A DNA stretch of 57,489 bases, filler included, from Porpidia crustulata (lineage: Eukaryota): assembly GCA_964255105.1 (NCBI GenBank). It is 5 parts of 5 records of this genome, joined end to end, with 100 filler letters (N's around TTAATTAATTAA, not from the genome) between each part and the next. Parts side by side here need not be neighbours in the genome. Positions count along the whole stretch, not along the records: positions 11,535 to 22,965 come from CAXUWE010000661.1; positions 23,066 to 34,477 come from CAXUWE010000662.1; 3 more parts are not named here. One strand, 5' to 3'. Below the pieces are notes generated by a model. The model was not told where the DNA came from, did no database searches, and saw nothing but the letters and a program-made list of their open reading frames with translations. The position numbers were made by a program, and so were the translations under genes. Positions 12,721-23,345 of the stretch are shown here, one piece after another (the stretch's first letter is position 1; each line of letters begins with the position of its first letter).

Positions 12721-13272
12721 GTTGACATGAGCTTAGGGATGAAAGAGGCAGCTTGGGTTGAGGACGGGCAACATTGAATAGGAGTAGGAGGAGTGATGTT
12801 GAGCGTATAGTGTGATTGCAGCGAAAAAATCCATCTGGAAGGATCGTCTATGGCATGATGAAATCTTCCAACATTCAACGACGAATTTGAAGTAGAATGT
12901 GCAGTTGGGACATTCGAGAAACGTAGTGGAGTGCATGCGGTCATACATACAAGGGTCCCAGTGACCACAGGGCTAGCCTTACTGTAAGGCTGGATCACGA
13001 CTATCTACTGCAAAGATTACCATTTCAAAAAGTACCGTTACAAAGTAAACATCTCTATGTTGGAGGTACGTATCGCTAACGACGAGTACTTGATCTTCGC
13101 TCATGCTAGAACTGGCTGCAGCCGAATCGTGGCTCAGCATTGATCAAGTTCCATCGAGCTTGGACGGACGCGCTCTCGATATTCGGAGGGGCTTGGGTGT
13201 GTACTTCAAGCTATTGACACCTTTCGGATATGCCTCTTTGTCAAGATTGTACACATTGCTGTTCCTCCTTTC

Positions 13273-14090
13273 CTAGAATTCAAGAGCCGTATTTGTTAGG
13301 ATATTTAGGGCCGAGGGTATGGACATTCTGGGTGGTAGGATCAGGCCGCTTTCCCCTTTAATTACCTCTAGAGCGGTGACCTGGTGGATACCGCCGGTAA
13401 TATCTTCGTTGGTCCAACGCATCAGCGTATCGCCAACGTGTGGCGGTAGGTAAAAAATAAATGAGTCGGGTTTAGTCCAGTCTTCGATTTCTAGGCCACC
13501 AGTGCTGTCTTGGAACAGCATTGACCAAAACCGGTATGTGGGGTAATACGGCTTGTACGGCCCGATTGCGTATCGTCGATGGGATTTACTGTATAGAGGG
13601 TTTGTCGGAAATCTGTTGCACTGGGAACGCAGCGTGCGATCAATGACCCATCCTCGATTCCCCAGGCGACTTCTAGGGCCTTTATCAGCGCCAGAAAACG
13701 TTATCGTATTGATGGCAAAAGTCCTCCATAAAGGATCGAAAGTCCGATAGCTCAGGCGCCTTGGCCCATTTGTCTGGGAAATCTGGTCTTGTACTCGAGG
13801 CCTGCATCGAAATGTATCAGGATCAGTCAAGACGTCGAGCACTACCCGAAAGATGTCATATGGATGAACCTTCGAATCCGTCTCGGTCCTAATCTTCACA
13901 TCATGGTGAAGCTTTCTGATCTCCTCTACTCTCGAGCGTGATAGGCCTTGGCGCTGTTCCATTCGGAATTTCATTCTACACATCCAATGGCTGGTCCATT
14001 GGTCCTGGCAAAGAAAGTCGGTGTTGCGGTAACCACCGATGTATCGAGGCGGGCCTTTCCCCAGGTCAAAAGCTGTTTCTTCGGTTTTTT
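13273..14090 (-). pseudogene. Degenerate 2-oxoglutarate/Fe(II) dioxygenase (IPNS/thymine dioxygenase-like)
   Basis: C-terminal motifs MLFQDSTGGLEIED, VGDTLMRWTN, GIHQV and PRMSIP. The HxD motif reads SRITPHTG in another frame, then frameshifts near 13525. The 5' boundary is approximate. Confidence 0.75.
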
Positions 14091-14122
14091 CAATAATTAA
14101 TCTGAATATTTGCCAACGCTCC

Positions 14123-14312
14123 TCGCTAATTTGTCAAATTGTGTACACATCCGATACTTGTCGCTGAGTGGTTAATTCGAGTACATAGCGAGTGATTGTC
14201 GCTGATTCGTCACTTTGAGTTCACAGTTCCGTCGCTTGTCGCTGATTGTGTACTTTGAATACATACTTCCTACTTCCGTTGCTTTGCGGCAAGTGGTCAC
14301 TTTGAGTACACT
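14123..14312 (+). repeat. Five degenerate ~27-nt direct repeats, consensus TCGCTRAKTNGTCAMTTTGAGTACAYA
   Basis: Copies start at 14123, 14161, 14199, 14239 and 14286 (spacing 38, 38, 40, 47). Confidence 0.8.
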
Positions 14313-14546
14313 GTACTGCTTTGAAATAGAATTTACAATCTCCTCACAATAATGAATTCTCATTTACTTTGTATCGGCTTTACTGCCTTGCGCGTCAAAC
14401 AAGCCTTTAGGCAGGTTTGGTCTATCAATTCTTCTCTCGAAAAAGAACCTGTCAATTGGAAAAACACGACGAGAATCATACTCTTCTTTCCCGTCCTTTG
14501 AGTTCCCACACATTGCAAGGCTTCCGAAGCGAAGCAGTAGGAGACA

Positions 14547-16083
14547 ATGGCACCGACTTCCGAACACAGTTCGTCACTGACGGATATATCACACATCCCT
14601 AATGAAGAAAAAGTTTCTTCTCCCCACAGCGGGAAACCCTCGCCATCTCTTCCCACAGCGGTGGACCCAGGGCCCGTCGACACTGAAATTACTTATCCCG
14701 AGGGTGGCCGTGATGCTTGGTTGGTGGTTTTGGGTGCTTGTTGTGGCTTGACCGCATCGCTAGGCATCTACAACACAGCCGGTGTGCTCGAGGTCGCTAT
14801 CTCGAAAGTGATTTTACCGGGAGAATCTCCATCTACCCTTGGCTGGATATTCTCAACCTACGCCTTCGTGAATTGGATTTGTGGGGTGCAGGTTGGACCG
14901 ACCTTCGATGCAAAGGGCCCGCGTGCACTTCTAATTGCCGGAACTATCTGCACGCTCATTGGCATTTTCTCGCTCAGCGTCTGTACAGGTAAGATTAGTT
15001 CATCCGATACCTGAGTGTCACTCATTCTCGTAACAATCCGCTGAGAATGACGCTAGCCTGATCTTGTTCGATGCTCTGTTTATCACTGACAGTAATATAG
15101 AATACTATCAGATCTTTCCGTCATTCTCCATCTTGACTGGTATCGGTTCATCCCTCCTCCTCACACCATCAATGGGCTGTGTCGCTCATTGGTTCATGAA
15201 GCGCCGCGGTCTCGCCAGTGGCATAGCATTCATCGGAGGGGGTTTCGGTGGCGTTCTCTTTCCCCTGATGTTACAATCACTCCTCCCTCAAGTAGGATGG
15301 GGATGGTCGATCCGCATTCTCGGACTCGTGCTGCTCGCGCTTTGCGCCATCAACGTGGCATTCTGCCGAAGCAGAGTTCCGCCGCGCAAAGGAGCAGCAA
15401 CTACTTGGCGAGATACATTGCCGGATCCACGAATCTTCATGGATGGAACAGGAGCCATGGCGGCGACGACGGCTGGAGTTCTTTTGACGGATCTGGCGTA
15501 CTTTATACCCATCACGTATGCGCCGAGCTACTACATCGATCGACAACGCCTATCTCACGAGGAGACCTTTACGGGCTCGGCGGCTTTCGCATATCAGCTT
15601 CTCGCGATCCTCAACGCTGCATCATGCGTTGGCCGCTTCGTGGCGGGCGACCTGGCCGATCGATTCGGCCGATATAACACCATGATCGTCTCGTTATCCC
15701 TCTGCACGGTCTCAGTCCTCTGTTTCTGGTTGCCAGACATCCTCGTCCCAAAGCTAGACAATTACGCACTCCTGCTCGTCTTCGTACTCCTATTCGGCTT
15801 CGTCAGCGGTTCCAACGTCAGCTTGACGCCAATCTGCCTCGGTCAGCTGTGCGAAACCCCGGAGTACGGTCGATATTACGCAAGCTGCTTCACGGTCGTG
15901 GCTTTTGGCGTGTTGGCGAGTATCCCCATTGCCGGGAGCCTGCTCGATGCCGTGCAGGCTACAGGCAAAGAGAGGTATTGGGGCGCGGCTCTTTTCACCG
16001 GACTCAGCTATGTGGCCGCCTGTCTGTGTTTTGTCTGGGTCAGGGTCAGAGTAAAGGGGTGGGATTGGAGGATAAAGTGGTAG
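14547..16083 (+). CDS. MFS transporter, monocarboxylate porter (MCT/Mch-like) family, 2 exons (14547-14988, 15101-16083)
   Basis: YPEGGRDAWLVVLG, GPTFDAKGPR, VAHWFMKRRGLASGI and GDLADRFGRYN motifs with ~12 hydrophobic segments. Intron GTAAGA..CTGAC..ATAG keeps frame. Confidence 0.92.
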
Positions 16084-16585
16084 AAAGTTCGGCCCGACGG
16101 GCGTTACGAAGACCGTGAAGGATCGGCGAATTTGTATGAATGTAGTCTTAAAATATATAGAGTTCCAGAAGTTTTCAACGCGGCAATGTGCATAAACACC
16201 TGATCTTCATTTTTGATGCTGAACTGATTGAAATCGAGTAAAGGACTCATAATATCTTATCCGATTGGGACCCTAGCACCCATTGGGTTGGTTGTCCTAA
16301 ATTCAACCACCCATAATGCTCAAGGATGGTCCCTAAGGTTGTCACGTCAAAGCTGTTGGAGGAAGCTGCATTGGGAGGTCAGAGTTTGGTCAACCTCTGG
16401 ACTGACAAAGCTTTTGGACTCGTACATGTAATGAATGACCCGATAGCCATACATATGAGTTCCGAAGGTATCATACACAGTCATGATTAGGTGCTTAACA
16501 ACTTGTCCGGCTCATGTCGTTTGACCTCGACATCGGCCCTCATAGCATACACCATATGATTCATTATGCATACAAGCACAAAAAC

Positions 16586-19290
16586 TCAACTGAACTTCAC
16601 CCCCCGGCTCGGATCCCACTGCCCACCCTGCATCTTCGGCACATGTTTCGTATTCGGATACGCAGGATTATGCACATTCTCCGCCCCATTCGCCGGCGCT
16701 TGCTGCTGGCTCGAGCCCCCGAAATTAATCCCCATCTCCGGTTTCCACACGCCGGGCGCCGGGACCGGGGGTGGCGCGACGGCGGCCCTTGTGGGTGTCG
16801 GAGCCGTCAGCGGGTCGGCCGCGGGCGCTTTCTCGTGGTAATGGGAGCGCAGGGTTTCGCGCTGTTTCTGGTCCTGCAGGTTGTTGGTCTGCGAGATATT
16901 GAGCAGGGACATGGAGTTGGCGAGGTCTTGTTCGAACTGGGCGGCTTCGAGACGGCGCTGGTAGGCGAAGGTTTTGCAGTCGTCCTTGAAGCGGGTGACG
17001 ATGTTGGCGAGGTCGTTGTAGAACTTGCGGCCCGTGTTGAGGTTGGAGACGATTTCTTTGTACTTGAAGTAGGCGTTTTCGAGACGCTGAAGGGCCTGTT
17101 CTCGGTCCTTGGTCGAGGAGTCACCACGTCGTGCAGCGGTGAACGCGTTACTTGCTTCTTTTAGTTGGGCGTTGAGGCTCCCTTGCTCTTGCTTTTCATC
17201 CAGCACCATTTGCCGGTCAACGTCGTAGCGTTGGAGACGGTCTTCGAACATGTTCTCAAATTGTGCGGGTTCGATCTTTTGCATGGGAAATTCTCGCTCG
17301 AGACGAGCTGTCTCTGCTAATATCGCTGGGTTGATATCATCCTTTTTTGCCTTGTCACGAAGTTTCTCAATTGTCTTCTTTCGCCTGTTCTCAAGTCGGC
17401 TGACTTCGTTCAGCTGCGCTCTCAATGCTGATATGGCTCTTTCAACATTAGGAGTTATCGTTGCTCTTCGGCTGCTCGGCACATAATCCTCGAGATCTCG
17501 ATCAGTGCCACAAAGCAATTGAAGGACAGCTTCGCATTCCTTGAGCTTTCCCTTGACCAGCTCGTCACTACTGTTTGCCGATTTGAGATAACCCTCAATC
17601 TCAGCAGCTTGCCTATACATCGGTTCAGCCGCTTGCTGTGATGCCTGTCGAGTCCATCTATCTGTTCCGTATTTAAGCTTCGCACGATCGTCCTCGGCCG
17701 ACTCAGATTTGAGAACCTCAACACCTTCATTGTATGTTGCGGCATCATTCGCCCTGAGCTTTGAAATTTCATGCATCGTACGCCGTAGTCGGTGAAGGCC
17801 TTCCTGCTGGCGAATTTCCTCGGCATGGGAGGTCAATGTTGGCGGAAGACCTAAGGGCTTCTCGAGAGCTTGAAGAGATCCAGGTAGGTTGAGAGATTGT
17901 AAGAGATCCCTCAGTTTATTGGTCGTGCTCTCCAACTCGTCAATAATAGTTGTGTTCACTACTCTGTCCTTACGCTCCTGATAGATGCTGATCGCGATAT
18001 GAACGGCGTAGGGTACTAATTTTGCGAAGAGCGGTTGTCCGAAAATGCCCCTTTCACCGAGGGTAGACGCTGGATCAGAAACTTCTGTTGGCGTTCTTGG
18101 AGTTGCCATTCCAGCTCGGTCGAGAGTCCTTAGCTCTGACTTCGGGGGTACTGGTATCAGATATATTACATCATTGTCTTTCTCTGCTCTTTTGAGATCT
18201 TCAGTGACTCTGGACTTGAGACCATTCAGGTCGCCCAAGACAATCTTATTTATCCACCTTGACTCTTTCAGCGCTTCGTTGACACAAACCAAGCTGTCTC
18301 TCAGCCTTGCAACCTCCTCTCCATACCTACACTTATCTAAGCAGTCTCGGGATGCTCTGTATTGTGCCGCTGCCGCGAAATGGTGGTGCTTAGCTGTCAT
18401 GTGGTGGATCCAATCGGTGCTAATAATATCCGACTTCGTACCGTATTCGGCAGCCTGGTCATAGAAATCAGATACTTTCGCGGCTAATTTTGCGATCAAG
18501 CTATCTTTGAGTCCATCTTTGACGGCTTTGGACCAGAAGCATTCTTGGGCTTGAGCGAGCAACAATTGCTGGAGACTTTCTAGAGTCATCATGTCCATGT
18601 CTTCCGGAGGCGTAGATCGTAGATCAGGAATTATGTCATTCTTCAAATAAGAAATGACACCGGCAGCCTGACAGAAATAATTACATGCTGACTTAAGTCC
18701 TTCGCTTGTGCTTCGGTTCAGCGAGACAGCGAGTTGAGAGTAGAGGGAGGCGAGGTTGTATAATACGTTTGCTAGCTCAAAGCGGAGATTATTTTGTGAT
18801 ACTAAATGGTACTATCAGTCGAGTGTTCACGGAAAATCGTGGTCAGCCATACTGGGCCTTTGTGTGTTGAACCCTAGCGCAGGATACCAAGTGAAATCTA
18901 CCCCAATCTGCCGCGTTTCCCAGTGAGTCAATTTCCTCCAGATTGTTCCGATGAGTCGTGGTTTCTACCTTACGTAGGTATGAAGAGCCTACTCACATCA
19001 ATGGGGAATTTCCCCCCAATCCAGACCAGTTGTGCTGCATATGCTGCGAGTTTTCTGATCCCGCTCACATGAGCTTCAAGCGTATTTGCAGCATCTACCC
19101 GTAGCCTATCAATAATTTCGAGGTCCTGCTTGAAAACATCGGGGTGCTGATCATATTTGGACGAGATATACTGCCGGATTGCAGCTGATAGCGCTACTGA
19201 ATGTGTTCTTCGAAAGGGCAGAAAAAGAATATTGCTACGAAAGACTATTAGCGTAGTTTGCAACAAATGTAGAGGCACTTACGAAGCCAT
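16586..19290 (-). CDS. palA: pH-response regulator PalA/Rim20 (BRO1 + ALIX V domain + Pro-rich tail), 4 exons
   Basis: ATG GCT TC|GTAAGT micro-exon, then NILFLPFRRTH..YDQHPD..GGKFPID, LLLAQAQECFWSKA, YGEEVARL, RAEKDNDVIYL and GRKFYNDL. Introns approx 19282-19235, 18996-18908, 18852-18803. Confidence 0.92.
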
Positions 19291-19737
19291 TCGAGCGCTG
19301 CAAGCATAGGAGCTGCGTTGCCGTGGGTGTAATGTAGGGATTTAGCTACATCAGCGGGCAGTTCGGCGGAGAGATATTGCTAACATGTAAACCCTAACCC
19401 TGGTCAGGTTTCCTATGATGTTTAACACAATATGTTGTGAAATTACTCCATTTGTCAATTCCCATTATTCATTATTGCATGCGTAAATTTCATAGCACTA
19501 CTAGAATTTTTACTTGGTAAAAAGGCATTCTGCTCCCGTCGGTATCTCGAAATCCACATGCTTCGATGAATATCAACAAGAAGATCTAGTATGTCAACTT
19601 TTACTCATATTTCATCCCTTGTACTCTTACCTCAGAAGGGCTCCATTTTCATGTGCTACCCGTCCATAACGCCCCCAAAGCACCTCTTTGTGACAGTATT
19701 AAACATGTTCCAACTCCTGACCTTGAAACTATACGTC

Positions 19738-22694
19738 TTAGAATTTCACGTTTGCTCCAATTCCCCCACCTTCGAACCACACTCTCTCCGCCCAGGCGCC
19801 TATCTTAATCCCAACGACTGCTCTCGCACTCACTTTTAATTTCCCCCCGAGCGCCTGCTTCACAGCGTCATAGCCCACACTATCCAAGCTCCATTGCACA
19901 GGGAGTCGCGGTGTTGTAGAGGCGCCAGGAGGCACGGCGAAAGGCAAATCATAGAGAATACGACCAACGGGGTAAGTTTCTTGGGGAGGAAGATCGGGGT
20001 CTATCGGGTCATCTTCAATTGGGGGAGTGTAATAGGCGGTAGCGTTGATGGAAGTGAGGTAAAGGGTCGAGTAGGGAAGCGGGGAAAGGAGAGTTAGGGT
20101 TGCGGTAGAGGAGAGGAGATGCATCTTGAACCTGAGATTAGCGATAATAAAATGTGTTACACTTAGAATGGACACATACAGTAGCATCGTCGATGAAATG
20201 CGGTGCTCTGTCTTTATCATCGTTATCGTCATCGCCGCCGTCAGGATGATTGGGATTTTTCGGAGGTCTTAGTTTTGGAGTAGGGATTTCGATCTCCAAG
20301 GACGATAGAGCCTGGCCTAGCCGCGGCTGCGTGGGGATGGTTCCATTGTGAGTTTTAAGGCTGAGAGTTGTGTTGAAACCTGATGTTGCCCGTCAATATA
20401 TGAGTATGGGGTGGCGGAGCTTCTTTTGACTAACCGGAGATATACTGCGACAAAAGCTCCCTGCCAACTCTCCGTCCCTTCTCGCCACTCGGTGTCATAG
20501 GATCCCACAGCGCTATGACAGGGATGTTGTGATTCAGGCCTGGTACAATTGAGATATTCTCGGCAGTGGCGTGTCCTAGAATTGTACCATTGTTTAGCAG
20601 ATTAATATTCACATATGGCACGGTGGCCGAGTACAGAGTGGGATTCGTGATATTCAGCGTTGCATGAATTGTGAGCGTGGACGCCGTCGTGTCCAAAATT
20701 TCCAAAGACCCGATCTTGGGCAAGAAGCCTGCAAGATGACCTCCAGATATTGCTAACCATACCATTAATCAGCATCCAGGTGGAGCCATTGCTACCTTAC
20801 ATGCGTATATAATAGGAACACTAACGCTTAACGAAAACTTTGCCCTCTGCCGGGATATCTCGGACAACGAACTTTCCAAGTGCCGTTTCTGTCTCTACGT
20901 CGACTTTCGCTTTAACTCCAAGCACGACGGGCTTGCCTCCGAAGATCATCGCTCGTATCACTTCTGAGAAAACCGAATCGTTTGTGATGTTGAGCGGGGC
21001 ATCCTTGATAATAGACTCTACCGCAATGCCAGCCTCCTGGTCCCCATGCGCCTCGATTCGAGTTGAATTGGCCTTCTGCCATTTGCTGAGATCAAGCTTG
21101 CCTAGCTTCTTCTTGTGGAAATACACATCAGCATCGGCCTTGACACGGCCAACAGAGATAGGGAAATTCATCTCCTTCGGTAAACCTGCTATTACCTTGA
21201 CCACAGCACTTATTCTTGGCTTTCCTTGTGGTGAATCCGGATCGGCCAGTGGATCTGGCAAGCCAAAGTGAACATCCGTTAGAGAGAAATTACGGATGAG
21301 ATGGTCGAAAGTATGCCCAGGAAATGGAAGTGGAACTAAGACGTCCTTTACCAAAAGCGTAATCCAGCTAGGAGTGTCTGGCAAGGGAGCTTTAGAGCCA
21401 CGGACGTAAATAGTTGTTTCGTCACCATTTAGGTAGTTGCCTAGAAGAGCATCAAGGGGAGACTCCAATCTATCCGGGCAGGTTTTCGTCAAAATTTCTG
21501 GCAGCTCCCGGATTATGCCTCCAACAGAGACATTTATATCTTCTTTCGGACCGATAAAAGTCTCACGAGTTGAAGCCTTTGCGAGCTTGATGTACGGCTC
21601 CTCAGGAGCGCAGCCTTGCACGAGGATATTAAAGCCAACGGGAGGAATGGTGAACTTGACGGGATATTGGTTCATCATTGTGAGAGACACATTTGCAGCC
21701 ATGGCTCTTTCTGAGTCGGGTAACTGTATCTCATGAAAGTTTAACTTTGTGATGTTGTATTGTGGAAAAACAGGGACATCATTGCCTATGTATTATTAGT
21801 TAAGATTTTGCGGTTCCGCTTCGGAGGGAGCCCCCAAAAATGATGGTAAGGAAGATACTGACTTTGAAAAACAAGCTCATGAGTAAGTCTCTGTCTGCCA
21901 AGGCCAATTATACCAGACTTCAACTCGACATTCGCAATACCAACCACTCTTAGCTGCCCAATACGGCCTGCAATCCAGTCATTTGCAATTTGGCGTATAC
22001 CATCAATATCCCCAGCTACCAAGTCACTAAGAAGATCTACGTGTGTCGTATGACCGTTTCTAACATCGACAACGATAGGCGGCACATCGGCGGTGCCGAG
22101 CAAAACATTACCATATTCTGGAAGATATACCAGTACCTTTGAGCGTTTACTCTCAACTGCTTTCGCTATCCACGTGCCAGCACGACCAAGATCGCGAACA
22201 GACTTCTTTTGAACCCTTGAAGCATCAAGTTTGAAATCTCCCTGTATCCTTGCTTTTACCCCCGAAGACGTAAAGGAATCGATAGATAGATCTGTTGGCT
22301 CGAAGACCATGGCCTGGTTCGCATATTCTTCGACCACTTCTGGCGCTGCAAAGCCCAACCCTAATATAGCAAGTACAATCAAGCTCAGTATTGTTAGAGC
22401 CAGAGCTGTAGGCCATCTTCTAAACTTTTTCTCCTTTGACGATCCCCCGTTTTGTAGAGACCGAAGGGATGGTGCAACAGCTAACGAAGCTTCGTCATCG
22501 TGAGGAGGCGCGCTATCGTAATTACGGTGGTCTATATCTCGGGAGAGTAGAGGCGTAGATTCGGCAGAGTGGGAAGAGCGCTGCGAATGTCTCGAATGTG
22601 CTGACAACTGGGAACTCCGAGAAGGAGGTCGTTCAATCCTTGCTTGTCCTGTTCTCTCTTCCCCCAAGAGGGGAGACTTGGGATTATCAGACAT
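19738..22694 (-). CDS. Tag1-like single-pass membrane protein with LEA-2/DUF3712-like beta domains (often annotated 'pre-rRNA processing protein'), ~5 exons
   Basis: ORFs 21786..22694, 20821..21702, 20430..20765 and 19738..20232 are separated by GT-AG introns. ESTPLL sorting-type motif, one TM helix, then beta-rich domains ending VGYDAVKQALGG..GIGANVKF. Confidence 0.75.
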
Positions 22695-22965
22695 GGTCGC
22701 TGATGTACATCGGCGGCTGAGAAGGAGCTCAAAGGGAGGTTGGGCAAAAGGTTTTCATAAAATGTAGTTGTGGTGAATCATGTCTGTCTTCAATAGGTAG
22801 GGCCATTCAGACAGGCACTCGAAACCTCGAAGCGCCTTAATTGCGGCGCTCACAGCGATGACGACTGACCTTATGATTTGCATTATATTTGCATAAATTT
22901 TAGCAAGTACCTTAGGAGTATTCCCGGGCCCGTGCACGTTCCGGTCCCGTGCACACCCCAAACCC

Positions 22966-23065
22966 NNNNNNNNNNNNNNNNNNNNNNNNNNNNNNNNNNN
23001 NNNNNNNNNTTAATTAATTAANNNNNNNNNNNNNNNNNNNNNNNNNNNNNNNNNNNNNNNNNNNN
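22966..23065. other. Artificial contig linker N44-TTAATTAATTAA-N44
   Basis: Same 100-nt spacer. Confidence 0.98.
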
Positions 23066-23345
23066 CCCCCTCCATCCCCCCAACCACGACGCTTATGACT
23101 TTGGAATTTCTCGAAGATACTCTTGAACCGTCTTCTATGCTCGTTGTTGACATCGTAGCCTTGTCGTGCCATGAAGCCTTCGACAAGCTTAAGATCAGTC
23201 GCCGATTTCTAACATAAGCCAAAGTTCTGATTTCCTGATCACCGTCACCACGTACCTGGATGAGGAACCCTTTTGGTTCTACTGGAACCGAGTTCCAGAT
23301 CCTCTCCGTTCCACTGCTGGCACGTAGGCTGGGGCCCGCGGCAGC

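Noticed and set aside
14123..14312. Repeat-spacer pattern as a CRISPR array
   Set aside because: Repeats are degenerate, spacers only 11-20 nt, no cas genes, eukaryotic context.
22929..22954. CCCGTGCAC direct repeat at the end of contig 2
   Set aside because: Only two 9-nt copies at a contig edge; insufficient evidence for function.
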